Source: a virus. Taken from it: a DNA stretch of 64,000 nt. Location of the stretch: the IMG/VR virus record IMGVR_UViG_3300022073_000094; one strand, written 5' to 3'. The notes beneath the pieces are model-generated. The model did no database searches and was not told the origin of the DNA. It was given only the letters and a program-made list of their open reading frames with translations. The position numbers and the translations under genes are program-made. Below, one piece after another: positions 30,586 to 40,634 of the stretch; within the stretch, counting starts at the first letter, position 1; each line of letters starts with the position of its first letter.

Positions 30586-32358
30586 GTGCAGAATCAAGAA
30601 TTAGATGATTTACACAATGACATTAAAGAAGAAGTTGATAAAATCTTGAAGAAACATAAACTACAAGGACAAGCTAATAGAAAGATTAATGAAAATGATA
30701 TAGGTTGGATCTTATTAAAAGCTTGCGATATTGTGTATATTGATTATTCTGTTGAAAAAGACATGTCGGTATATACTTATGCAATTTATAATCCTAAAGT
30801 TCAAGGTTATGTAAGAGATACAAACTTTTTAAATGATCTTATTCAACTTATAATATTGAATTATCCTGATTATGTTAAAACAACTGCTAATCGGGCGCTT
30901 AAAGATGTTGATAATTATATTAAACATTCTAAGACAGAAATTAGAATTGCGAACTTACCCCCTCAACATCTTGTTAAGATGCAAAATTGTATTGTTAATT
31001 TAAAAACCAAAGAAACATATGATTTTGATGATGATGCTGTTAAAGACTATGATTTTATTGATTCAATTCGATATTCATTATATAGACCTGAAGATGTTGA
31101 TCAATGGAGTTTAAATGTTGTAAAATCAATTATGAAAGATTGGTCTCAAGGAAAAGAAGATATTGAAAAATTTATGCGTCAAATTGCTTTTTCATTTATT
31201 GAAGGTGATGGCCGAGGTGTACAAATTATTTTAAAATCTGAAGGTGGAGATGGAAAATCAACATTTAATCGTATTATATCTAAATTAAGTGATCCTTCAT
31301 CTACAGTTACAATTAATTTAGATGAATATAATGATGATAATATTATGAATAAGATTCAGCCAAGTACAAAATTTATAATGGGTGATGATTTAAGTTCTAA
31401 TTTTAGCATGTCTAAAAAAGCACTTGCTCGATTTAAATCATTAGTTGATGGCGGACCTATTAATGTAAATGAGAAATTCATGCCAAGTAAAACAATTAGT
31501 TCTAAGGCATTAAAAGTTCAAAATACAAATACACATATTAAAGTCTTTGAAAATAACGCTGCAATTAAATCACGTATTATTTTATTTGAATGGCCACATT
31601 ATGATTTTAGACAAAATCCGACTTTAGAGTTTAATTTAGATGACTTAAGTGGTAAATATGGGCCCGCTAATAAAAAATTTATGGAAGCATTTTTAGCATA
31701 TATTATTTATTATACTGAGTATTTTAAAAAATTTAGTGTAACAGATAAAATGAAAGAAGATCTTGAACAAGCATTAGATGATAATGATACAATTCTTCAG
31801 CATTTTTATGAATTAGAAGAAATGGGTGCTCTTAAATATGATATGTTACCATATAGTGTCTTATATTCTCATTATAAAGATTGGTTATTGACAACAAATC
31901 CTGGTTCTAAGCCTTTAAAACAAGTTGAATATACAAAAAGAATGAAACAAAATTTAGTTAAAGAAGGCTATACTGAGAATACAAAAAGAAAGATTGATAA
32001 TATTGATAAAAAAGATTTTAATCCAAATTTATTTGAAAATATTCAATATGATGATTCAAAACGTTCTAATATTGCGTATCGTCCTCCTCTTAACATTGAA
32101 GAGCATTTAGATCAGTTTGAAAAAGATTTAGAGCAGCTTGATTATGTTACAATGAAAGATAAATATAGTGATCGCTTTGTGCAACAATATATTAATAATC
32201 TATTTGAATATAATAAGACTGATATTATGCTTATTTTTTCTAAATTTGATTATACAACGGCCGACGTATTACAACTTAGTCCTGATCAAGCTTTAAAATG
32301 CTTACTAGGCTATCATCAAATGAAAACACTTGAAGAAGTAGAATTAGTGAATGATTAA
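30586..32358 (+). CDS. D5_N + SF3 helicase replication initiator (P4 alpha/SaPI Rep-like), copy 1
   Basis: Walker A GGDGKST, Walker B MGDD, motif C NTN; no primase domain recognised; GTG start at 30586 after AAGGAGG aligns with copy 2. Confidence 0.85.
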   Translation: MQNQELDDLHNDIKEEVDKILKKHKLQGQANRKINENDIGWILLKACDIVYIDYSVEKDMSVYTYAIYNPKVQGYVRDTNFLNDLIQLIILNYPDYVKTTANRALKDVDNYIKHSKTEIRIANLPPQHLVKMQNCIVNLKTKETYDFDDDAVKDYDFIDSIRYSLYRPEDVDQWSLNVVKSIMKDWSQGKEDIEKFMRQIAFSFIEGDGRGVQIILKSEGGDGKSTFNRIISKLSDPSSTVTINLDEYNDDNIMNKIQPSTKFIMGDDLSSNFSMSKKALARFKSLVDGGPINVNEKFMPSKTISSKALKVQNTNTHIKVFENNAAIKSRIILFEWPHYDFRQNPTLEFNLDDLSGKYGPANKKFMEAFLAYIIYYTEYFKKFSVTDKMKEDLEQALDDNDTILQHFYELEEMGALKYDMLPYSVLYSHYKDWLLTTNPGSKPLKQVEYTKRMKQNLVKEGYTENTKRKIDNIDKKDFNPNLFENIQYDDSKRSNIAYRPPLNIEEHLDQFEKDLEQLDYVTMKDKYSDRFVQQYINNLFEYNKTDIMLIFSKFDYTTADVLQLSPDQALKCLLGYHQMKTLEEVELVND

Positions 32359-32405
32359 ATAGAAAAGTTAGAAGTTTAATGACGAGAGTTTATGACTATT
32401 TTCTC

Positions 32406-32469
32406 AGCCCCCTTTTTAAAACCTTTAGGGTCCGCATGCGGACCTATATAAGTTTACATAGGAGGGCCT
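32406..32469 (+). repeat. dispersed imperfect palindrome P2
   Basis: CCCCC...GGTCCGCATGCGGACC...GGAGGG. Confidence 0.65.
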
Positions 32470-32737
32470 ACTTTTACTTCTAATTTTACTTCTCATTCTA
32501 ACTTTAAGTCAATGCCTACTTTTGCGTCTAACTTTAAGTTGATGCCTATTTCTATGTCTAATTCCTGTCGTCTTATACAACTTCAATATTTGATTTTAAT
32601 TTAACGTCTCAACCTTCTAGAGCTCTCAAGCAAGCATTCTTCTCTTCCTTCTTTATAATTAATCACAAATCTTTCAAAGCTTCTTCGTGTGCTTCTGGTG
32701 ATGAAAGCCAGATCTTTTAGAAAATATACTTTTTATA

Positions 32738-32766
32738 TTTACTCTTTACTAGTACTATGATATTAT
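32738..32766 (+). promoter_or_regulatory. family promoter TTTACW-N6-TAGTAYYATGR-TAYTAT (example; 15 or more copies in the window)
   Basis: plus: 32738, 35906, 37842, 38793, 41384, 44397, 53085, 54917, 56746, 62972; minus: ~11070, ~17930, 19651, ~25850, 58546, 62319, 62578, 62774; usually a 17-bp spacer with extended -10 TG. Confidence 0.85.
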
Positions 32767-32813
32767 AATCAATGTAAACAAAACAAATAAACACAAATGG
32801 AGTGTGAGATATA

Positions 32814-33539
32814 ATGAATTTAATTCAAAGTGATGCGACACAATTTCATATTATTGTCATTGGAGCAGGCGGGACTGGAGGCTGGCTAGCCAGCTTTATT
32901 GATCGCTTAAATGACATAGACGGAAAAGAACTAATTACGACAATTATTGATGGCGATATTGTTGAGCAAAAAAATTTAAAACGACAAAACTTTTTAAAGC
33001 AAGATGTGAATCATAATAAAGCTGAAGTAATTGGATCTCGTTATCATTTTACTAATATTATTTCACAATTTTTAAAAAAACCTGACGAGTTAAAACAAGT
33101 TGTTGAGTCAATGCCACAAGCTCAGCCTATTATTGTAGGAGCAGTTGATAATAATGCATCTCGTTTACTTGTTAAAGAATTTATTGATGCATATGAAGAA
33201 TCAATTTTATGGATTGATGCAGGTAATTCAGAGCGAGATGGTCAAGTCATTACATCATTTAAAGAAGACGGTGAGTATGTTGAAGGATTTAAAGATCCAT
33301 TTATATTAAAGCCTGAATTAAATGATACAGCAGGAGATAATCGTCATCCTGATGATATTTCATGTGCTGAGCAAAGTGAAAGTGCACCTCAGAATATTGC
33401 AGCTAATATTTTTAGTGCAACAACATTATTTGGCATATTAAATAAATGGATTGCACAAGAGCCTTTGCTTGATAATGAAATTAAATTTAATTCTTCAACA
33501 TTAAGTATATACAAATTTGAGGAGGATCAAGATGCTTAA
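32814..33539 (+). CDS. ThiF/E1-like ubiquitin-activating enzyme (PRTRC ThiF type)
   Basis: IGAGGTGG, DGDIVEQKNLKRQNF, VDNNASR, WIDAGN, SCAE (candidate catalytic Cys). Confidence 0.88.
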   Translation: MNLIQSDATQFHIIVIGAGGTGGWLASFIDRLNDIDGKELITTIIDGDIVEQKNLKRQNFLKQDVNHNKAEVIGSRYHFTNIISQFLKKPDELKQVVESMPQAQPIIVGAVDNNASRLLVKEFIDAYEESILWIDAGNSERDGQVITSFKEDGEYVEGFKDPFILKPELNDTAGDNRHPDDISCAEQSESAPQNIAANIFSATTLFGILNKWIAQEPLLDNEIKFNSSTLSIYKFEEDQDA

Positions 33540-33798
33540 TATTTATAACGAAATTGAATCTTTGGTTGCTTTCCATATCGTGCATGAATTTGTGCTTGAT
33601 GATATTGCTGAAAAATGTAATCGTAATTCAACATTTGATGAGTTTGAAAAAGCTTTATATGAAATGATGAAGACATATGATTATATTATTCATGAAGAAG
33701 GTGCAAGCTGTATGAAAGATGAATTTAGTGAATATTTAGCAGATGTGAAATTTTTAATTGAATTTTTAACAACATTTAAAACTGAAGGAGTGCTTTAA
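33517..33798 (+). CDS. small hypothetical protein
   Basis: translationally coupled between E1 and JAB genes. Confidence 0.7.
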   Translation: MRRIKMLNIYNEIESLVAFHIVHEFVLDDIAEKCNRNSTFDEFEKALYEMMKTYDYIIHEEGASCMKDEFSEYLADVKFLIEFLTTFKTEGVL

Positions 33799-33800
33799 TT

Positions 33801-34877
33801 ATGACAAATCAATTTAATCAAAATAATGATTTTTTTAATACAATTACGCCTATTAGTTTATCATCATCTCCTAATTATGATGGAATTGCAACATCTCATA
33901 TTGTAGGAGGAAATGGTATTTTTACTTATGCAAAAACTCAGCTCGCGGAAAAATGCATTAAAGAAACAGATTATACAATTAATCCTGATTTACCTAAAGT
34001 TGAGCAATATATTAGATTTAATGAACATTTACCTAAGATTCCATTAGAAGCATTTTATTCAATGCTTGCATTCTATAAGAGAGTGTACGAACAAGATAAG
34101 ACTGAGGCACAGATGAATTTTTATTGGAATAAAGATGTATTAAATGAAATAGAAGTTGATGGAATCATGTATGATTTAGATGCAATTTCAGGACTTAAAG
34201 ATTGGGGTAAAGGGTTAATTTCATATGTGCCTATACAAGAAAATTCAGGAACTTTGACAACAACTAATGATCCGATTTATCAAGCTTTAAGAGAACAAAT
34301 GATGCCATTTGTTGAAACTCATTCACACAATGTAATGGCTGCTTTTAAATCTGGCACCGATGAAAAGAATTCATTCGCTGACGAGCTTCAATTGGTCATT
34401 GGTAATATTACATCTCCTGATTTTGATTTTTATAATTGGGTAACAATTCGAGGTAAGCAAATTGATAATTTAGAAGAAGATATTATTAAACAAATTGTTG
34501 AACTTCCTGAAACATTTGAAAATAAATCACTCAATGAATTGCCTGAAATACCTGATGAATGGATGCAAAATCATTCTAAAATGGTTTATAAATCAAAAGT
34601 GTTATCTGGCGATGAAGAGTATTATAATAAATATATTAAAGATCAAGAGCATCTATTTGATGATGAAGAAGATAAATATGAAAATGAGACATCTCATATT
34701 TTAGATTCTTTTACAAATTCGGAGCAAGAAGATCATTCAACAGTCGATGCAGCTCCGGTCGACAACAAAGTAGAAGAAGTGGCAACAACAATCGAAACAG
34801 ACGTAAACGACAAGCAAGAAAACAATTCAAAAATGGGTCTCTTTAAACGCATTAAAAAATTCTTTAAGAAAGGATAA
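33801..34877 (+). CDS. JAB/JAMM metallopeptidase (PRTRC protein A type) with acidic tail
   Basis: E...HSHNVMAAFKSGTD matches the E-x(n)-HxH-x7-S-x2-D JAMM motif. Confidence 0.85.
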   Translation: MTNQFNQNNDFFNTITPISLSSSPNYDGIATSHIVGGNGIFTYAKTQLAEKCIKETDYTINPDLPKVEQYIRFNEHLPKIPLEAFYSMLAFYKRVYEQDKTEAQMNFYWNKDVLNEIEVDGIMYDLDAISGLKDWGKGLISYVPIQENSGTLTTTNDPIYQALREQMMPFVETHSHNVMAAFKSGTDEKNSFADELQLVIGNITSPDFDFYNWVTIRGKQIDNLEEDIIKQIVELPETFENKSLNELPEIPDEWMQNHSKMVYKSKVLSGDEEYYNKYIKDQEHLFDDEEDKYENETSHILDSFTNSEQEDHSTVDAAPVDNKVEEVATTIETDVNDKQENNSKMGLFKRIKKFFKKG

Positions 34878-35887
34878 TGATGATGGAATTTACAATTGAA
34901 CAGTCATTGAGTTCACATGATGTGAGTTCTTTGTCTAAAGTGAATATTTTAAGATTATTGCTTGATCATGATCTTATTTTTATGCAGCATTTTGCACATC
35001 CTTTGATACAAGATGACAGTGATAAAAATTATTATTTAGAATGTTTTTTACCAGGCTATCATCTTGCAATTGAATTTAAGACAAATTATTATTATCAAAA
35101 TAATGATGTGAGACAATACATTAATAATAAGATAGAACGCATACAATCGAATGAACAACTTAATGTTGTTGTAATTGATTTACAAAAAGATACTTTAGAA
35201 AGTGCAATATCACATATTAATCAACGTCTCATGAATTTAACTAAAGATCCAGGCTTAAGTCAGCATTCACAGTTTGTAAGAAAACAAGCGCAAGTGGCTG
35301 AGACAGTTTTTGATTATTATGGAATATTAAAAAAATCAGATATATTTATTCAACATGGTTTACCTGTCAATGCTTTATATGCAGGTTGTGTTGCAATTCA
35401 GGCTAAATCTAATATTTTTCCGTTTATAACATATGATGAATTTATGGATCAATTCAAGTTTTTACTCACATCAATTCATCATTATAAATCAGTTAAGCCT
35501 AAGCATATTGATTATAAAACTCGTATGCAAATGACTGATATTGAGATGAGTGTTTTTAATATGCCACAATTTAGAGTATTTATCGAATCTTTAATTGAAA
35601 ATGATCCATTTATCAAACAGTATTTACATTTAATGTTAAAAGATACAAGTGTGATGTATTATAATGATAAATTTAATCATCATAAAAAAGACTTAATTGA
35701 ATATAAAGAAGAATTTAAACAACTTTTTAAAGATCACCAACTTAAAAGATTAAAATTGATTAAACAGCCTCAAATAGCAGGCTTAATGATTAAAGATGGA
35801 TTAAAAGAACTAGATCAATTACCACGAGGCGAAGTGTATGCGTCAAATCGAAATATGATTGAAAAATACGTTGAAGCAGCTGAATAA
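34877..35887 (+). CDS. hypothetical protein, possible PD-(D/E)xK-like N-terminal domain
   Basis: ECFLPGYHLAIEF resembles a restriction-endonuclease-like fold motif. Confidence 0.55.
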   Translation: MMMEFTIEQSLSSHDVSSLSKVNILRLLLDHDLIFMQHFAHPLIQDDSDKNYYLECFLPGYHLAIEFKTNYYYQNNDVRQYINNKIERIQSNEQLNVVVIDLQKDTLESAISHINQRLMNLTKDPGLSQHSQFVRKQAQVAETVFDYYGILKKSDIFIQHGLPVNALYAGCVAIQAKSNIFPFITYDEFMDQFKFLLTSIHHYKSVKPKHIDYKTRMQMTDIEMSVFNMPQFRVFIESLIENDPFIKQYLHLMLKDTSVMYYNDKFNHHKKDLIEYKEEFKQLFKDHQLKRLKLIKQPQIAGLMIKDGLKELDQLPRGEVYASNRNMIEKYVEAAE

Positions 35888-35968
35888 TAAATGCTGCTTC
35901 TTTTATTTACTTAACATTAGTATTATGGTATTATAAAACTATAATCTTAATGAGAGCGGTGAAAAATA

Positions 35969-36904
35969 ATGAAATTAGATCAACTTCAATTATCAAATAA
36001 TCAGATTTATGCTGGGTCAGGTTTTATGAAATCAAATGTAACGTCTCAGATGCAGTCAATTTTAGAAGTATTTAAAAATCATGATGAGAATGTAACATTA
36101 TTAAATAAACGTAATGAGATCAATTTAATGAATCGACATCAATCAATTTATCAAGGTTATATTTATTATCGTAAAGCAACAGACAGTAATAGTGACGTTG
36201 TACATTTAACAATTTATAAATATGGAGCACGTCGATTAAATTTACAACTTCCAACTGATGAAGAAGGAATTGACAATGTGTCAGTTTCAGTGATTATGCC
36301 ATCTTTATTATTTGCTAATGATGGCCATCAAACTTATATTGCATTTGAGAATTTTAATCGACCATGGCCTTTTCATAATGTTTTTTCATATGATAATGAT
36401 TTAGATCATCTTTTTAGAAATTCACAATCACGATTTTATGACTTATGTGAGAAACAGTTTTATAAAATTTGCACAGGCTATGCTGTAGAAGGAATTAATT
36501 TTTTTAAAACACCTGAGTTATATATTCATACAATTTTAACTGGTATTTCTAACTTTGATTTATCAGCATTACATGCCTTTAACACTAATTCTTTACTCAT
36601 TATAAAATCTCAATATAGTGATCAATTAAAGGATCAATATGTTCATCTTAATCGTGTTTCATCATTATTTGAAGGCGATTTAAGTATGAATGATTTACTC
36701 GATTGTCATACAGTAAGACAAGTTATTGCATTACTTGAACAATACGTTGTTAGAAGTGAGTATTTAAAATTATTATCTTCTTCTTATAGAGGTTTTGGAG
36801 AGATGATGTATCATAAAAATGAAAATTTAAATTTAATTATAGTAGGTATTTTCTCAGCATTCAATAATCTCGAATTGATTGAAACATTAATTAAATCATT
36901 TTAG
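35969..36904 (+). CDS. prokaryotic E2-like conjugating enzyme (Prok-E2 D / PRTRC protein B type)
   Basis: MPSLLF, WPFHNV...ICTG (candidate catalytic Cys), SNFDL pattern; context of E1 and JAB. Confidence 0.65.
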   Translation: MKLDQLQLSNNQIYAGSGFMKSNVTSQMQSILEVFKNHDENVTLLNKRNEINLMNRHQSIYQGYIYYRKATDSNSDVVHLTIYKYGARRLNLQLPTDEEGIDNVSVSVIMPSLLFANDGHQTYIAFENFNRPWPFHNVFSYDNDLDHLFRNSQSRFYDLCEKQFYKICTGYAVEGINFFKTPELYIHTILTGISNFDLSALHAFNTNSLLIIKSQYSDQLKDQYVHLNRVSSLFEGDLSMNDLLDCHTVRQVIALLEQYVVRSEYLKLLSSSYRGFGEMMYHKNENLNLIIVGIFSAFNNLELIETLIKSF

Positions 36905-36923
36905 TGAAAGGATTGAATCAATA

Positions 36924-37841
36924 ATGGAACAAATAAAATTAAAAGAATATATTAACTCATCAATGAAAGGTAAATTAGATAATCACATTAAACTTAAGTT
37001 TATGACACACGGCGATATTTCATATATTGGATTCTCAAAAAACCATATATTAGAAGCAATTAATAAAAGAAGATTGATTTTCTTACTTCCAATTCGTTAT
37101 ATTGAACCTTATACAATGCAAGTTAGATATAATGCAATGATTTTTACATTTGGATTTATCAATCCTAAAACTCAACGTCGTTCAGTAAGATCTTTTTTAA
37201 ATAAAAACTCATTGTTAGGTCAAGCTCTTAATCAATATAGCCACATGTATAAAAGCATTGAAAAGTCAGTCATTAGCGCAAACGATATATTTTTAAACTT
37301 AAAATTAAACGAAGTAATGAATACATTTTTTGATGAATATGTATACTCAAGTGTCGATGAATTAATACATGCATATAATCTAGACTTTAAACAATCTCTT
37401 ACTTCAAAATGCGATTTATATAAATCAGATAAAAAACATATCATTGTGTTAAATGATTCGATTGATGTGACTGAGACATTAAATGAATATAATCAAGCAA
37501 TAACAATTCTTAAAAATCTTTATTCTGATGATGAATATCAACAATCAATGAGAAAATTTTCTAATCAATTGACTAACTATGTGATTTATCATACACTTTG
37601 TAGAACGATTAATTTTCAAAAAAAATTCAATTTTTTAACATTGTTTAGATCTTCTTATTTTAATTCACAAGGCGGCTTTGATATTAAAAATATTGATCAA
37701 TATGATCAAGAAATGTTTGATACATTTTATAGAAAAATAACTGAAGATAGTATTTCATATAATAGAACGTTTGTTGTCTCATTGTATGAAGATTGTTTAA
37801 TGAACCAACTTTTTAATTTTCAATATGTTTATATTCAATAA
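36924..37841 (+). CDS. hypothetical protein
   Basis: RBS GAAAGGA. Confidence 0.75.
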   Translation: MEQIKLKEYINSSMKGKLDNHIKLKFMTHGDISYIGFSKNHILEAINKRRLIFLLPIRYIEPYTMQVRYNAMIFTFGFINPKTQRRSVRSFLNKNSLLGQALNQYSHMYKSIEKSVISANDIFLNLKLNEVMNTFFDEYVYSSVDELIHAYNLDFKQSLTSKCDLYKSDKKHIIVLNDSIDVTETLNEYNQAITILKNLYSDDEYQQSMRKFSNQLTNYVIYHTLCRTINFQKKFNFLTLFRSSYFNSQGGFDIKNIDQYDQEMFDTFYRKITEDSISYNRTFVVSLYEDCLMNQLFNFQYVYIQ

Positions 37842-37899
37842 TTTACTTTTTATTAGTAACATGATATTATTAAATTATATTAATTGAGGTGATGATTAA

Positions 37900-38772
37900 A
37901 TGAAACTTGAAAATATGTTAGAAGAACATAAACAATATCATATTGATTATCAAATATCTCTATATGATGTAAATGAAGAAAATATTGAATTTTTCAAACA
38001 TACAAATCTTGATTCTTTTAGATCTTTTATAGATATATATCAAAAATATACACCTAGTCAATTTATTGACTTATTAAAAGAAAAGATTGATGAAAATAAA
38101 TATGAATTATATACAAATCTTTTAGATTTTAATGATAATGATTTAGAGCTTAAAACAACTAATGTATTTTTAAATAACGCTCTTTTTGTACTTGTATTTG
38201 AACTTGATGATAGTTATTTTGTTTTATCAAATCAAGATCAATTATATACAAGTGATAAACAATTTTCTCCATTATATAAAGCAATTTATTTAGAAATTGT
38301 TGAGTATTTGCTTGAATTTATTAAAGAAGGTGAAGCAACTGATGATGTCAATGAGATTAATGACATTTTGGATGTTTCTAATATTCAAACTTATATTTCA
38401 GGCGTGCACAAACTTGATCGTCATCTTTTAACAAATGTTGAACTAAATAATCATGAGACAGTCTTTATGACTGATGATAATAGAGTGATTGATTTAAATA
38501 ATAATGAAATTTCATTTGAAAATTATGATCTAAATTATGACGAATTATTTGATGATGGAATTGAACGTGCATCATTTACTCTGAGTCAAGAATCTCACAC
38601 ACTCACACAACAAGAAGAAAATCAAAATCAAGAAGATCAACTTACACGATTAAGAAATGAATTAAATGATAATCAATGGCATCAAGCAACAAGAATTGTA
38701 CAACTCTTAGGTCAACAAGAAAATTATGATAATATTTATCATCAAGCTAGAGATTTAGGCTACGTTGAATAA
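37900..38772 (+). CDS. acidic hypothetical protein
   Basis: own family promoter, RBS GAGGTG. Confidence 0.8.
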   Translation: MKLENMLEEHKQYHIDYQISLYDVNEENIEFFKHTNLDSFRSFIDIYQKYTPSQFIDLLKEKIDENKYELYTNLLDFNDNDLELKTTNVFLNNALFVLVFELDDSYFVLSNQDQLYTSDKQFSPLYKAIYLEIVEYLLEFIKEGEATDDVNEINDILDVSNIQTYISGVHKLDRHLLTNVELNNHETVFMTDDNRVIDLNNNEISFENYDLNYDELFDDGIERASFTLSQESHTLTQQEENQNQEDQLTRLRNELNDNQWHQATRIVQLLGQQENYDNIYHQARDLGYVE

Positions 38773-38876
38773 AAAAAATTTTAGTAACATGGTTTACTTA
38801 CTATTTATACTATGGTATTATATAAATATAATCTTTAGTGATTATGAAATAAATTAAAAGATAGGTGGAATTTATA

Positions 38877-39476
38877 ATGCAAATTAATACAAATCATGAA
38901 ATCAGTACTTTAGTAATTGGTGGACAATCTTATGATGTGAGTTCTTTAAATAATGATGCAATTGCTCAACTTGCTCGATCATTAGGCGCACAAGACAATG
39001 CATCTCAAGAGTTTCATGCATCAACTCAAACATTAGAATTTAGACCTCAAACAGGATCTAAAGGTTCAAATTTCAGTGAGATTTTCAGTCATTTAAGAGA
39101 AGATAATGAAACACATCATCATTCATTTGAAGAAGAAAACGAAGATGAAGAAGCAAATGAAGATTATGATTTTGATGAAGATGACTTTAACTTTAATAAT
39201 GAGTCTGAAGAAACTGAAGAAGAACGTGAAGAAAGAGAATTTCTTGAGTCTTTTGCAATTCCAGCATCAAAATTTAGTGATAATGACATTCGTTATTTCA
39301 AACAAAATGATGTTGATGTAACTGACTTAAATGAACTAATGAATGCAAAAGTTGAGATCAATCGTTTAGATAAAGAATACAATGAAGAACAAGCAACTGA
39401 ACTTGCTCAAGCATTCTTAAATGGTGATATTCAACTTGATGAATTTGTAGCAAGTATTAGAGAGCTAAGTATTTAA
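38877..39476 (+). CDS. ubiquitin-like modifier precursor: ~63-aa Ubl ending LEFRPQTGSKG fused to a 136-aa acidic tail
   Basis: GSKG at 39054-39065 resembles the GTKG C-terminus of Prok_Ub/PRTRC-C modifiers; own promoter; ATG start at 38877. Confidence 0.6.
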   Translation: MQINTNHEISTLVIGGQSYDVSSLNNDAIAQLARSLGAQDNASQEFHASTQTLEFRPQTGSKGSNFSEIFSHLREDNETHHHSFEEENEDEEANEDYDFDEDDFNFNNESEETEEEREEREFLESFAIPASKFSDNDIRYFKQNDVDVTDLNELMNAKVEINRLDKEYNEEQATELAQAFLNGDIQLDEFVASIRELSI

Positions 39477-39527
39477 TTCTTAGCTTTCTTTTACATATAA
39501 GGTGGAAAATAAATGAAGAGGTGAAAG

Positions 39528-40286
39528 ATGATGACAATTACAAAAAGTCAAAGAAAATTGAAAGATGATTTAGTTCAACTTATGATACATGATATTGATT
39601 ATTATATACTCAGAGACTCTTATCAGAATGATGAATCTAATTTTGAAGAGAGTATTGATTTAAGTTTAAATGCTTTAATTGAGCAAGACTTAGTTGACCA
39701 AGAGATACTTAATGTTTTATCAAATATGATAAATGTTGAAAAATATAATGATCCTAATCAAACTTTTGTCTCAATTGAAAATATGTCACAATTTATAAAT
39801 TTGCAAGGTTATAGTACACAAGCTAACCGTTCATTTCAAGATAAAAATCAAGACATTATTTTAAAGACAATTTTTGAATTATTAAATCATCAATTTCACT
39901 TTCAACTCGAAATAATTGACCAAATCACTAAAAAGTTTGAACCTTTTTTAAGTGATGATTTAAAAAGTCATTTAAAAATTGATATTTATCAAAATACACA
40001 AACAAAGGAATATCAACTTATATTTAATATTGATAGTAATGATGCGAAAAAATATCAACAACTTTTAACTGAATTAGAGCAAAGTATTCAACTTTATCAT
40101 ACTTATTATTATCAATTTATAAAAGCAAATCGATGCTTGTTGTATCTAATTAAATTTTTAAATGCACATAATAATACAGAATTTCAACAAGTGAGTACGA
40201 TTTATTTTCCAACTTATATTGAAATGTTTGACAATATCGAATTTGTTGCATCATGTAACGTAAATTCAAGAAAGGAAGATGATTAA
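39528..40286 (+). CDS. hypothetical protein
   Basis: RBS GAGGTG. Confidence 0.75.
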   Translation: MMTITKSQRKLKDDLVQLMIHDIDYYILRDSYQNDESNFEESIDLSLNALIEQDLVDQEILNVLSNMINVEKYNDPNQTFVSIENMSQFINLQGYSTQANRSFQDKNQDIILKTIFELLNHQFHFQLEIIDQITKKFEPFLSDDLKSHLKIDIYQNTQTKEYQLIFNIDSNDAKKYQQLLTELEQSIQLYHTYYYQFIKANRCLLYLIKFLNAHNNTEFQQVSTIYFPTYIEMFDNIEFVASCNVNSRKEDD

Positions 40287-40288
40287 AA

Positions 40289-40606
40289 ATGGCTAATCAA
40301 TTTGCAACAAGTACAATTAATGATAAAGAACAATTTGTCATAGATCATTATGAACATATGACATATAAAGAAATGGGTCAAAAACTAGATTTATCTCGTG
40401 GCTCAATTCAATATATTATGAATAAATTTAATTTAAAAAAGACACGTTATTCAGTACAAGATTATCGTTTTAGAGTTGGCGAGCTTGAAGATTTTTTACA
40501 TGATTGGCAGTCACATTTTGACAGTGTCAATGATTTATCTAAAAGTGATATAATAAATTTAATTGATCGATTTAACACACAATCTGAAGAATTACTCCAA
40601 AGCTAA
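40289..40606 (+). CDS. HTH DNA-binding protein
   Basis: MTYKEMGQKLDLSRGSIQYIM. Confidence 0.7.
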   Translation: MANQFATSTINDKEQFVIDHYEHMTYKEMGQKLDLSRGSIQYIMNKFNLKKTRYSVQDYRFRVGELEDFLHDWQSHFDSVNDLSKSDIINLIDRFNTQSEELLQS

Positions 40607-40634
40607 AAATAGTGTTGAGAGGGGGTGTAAATCG

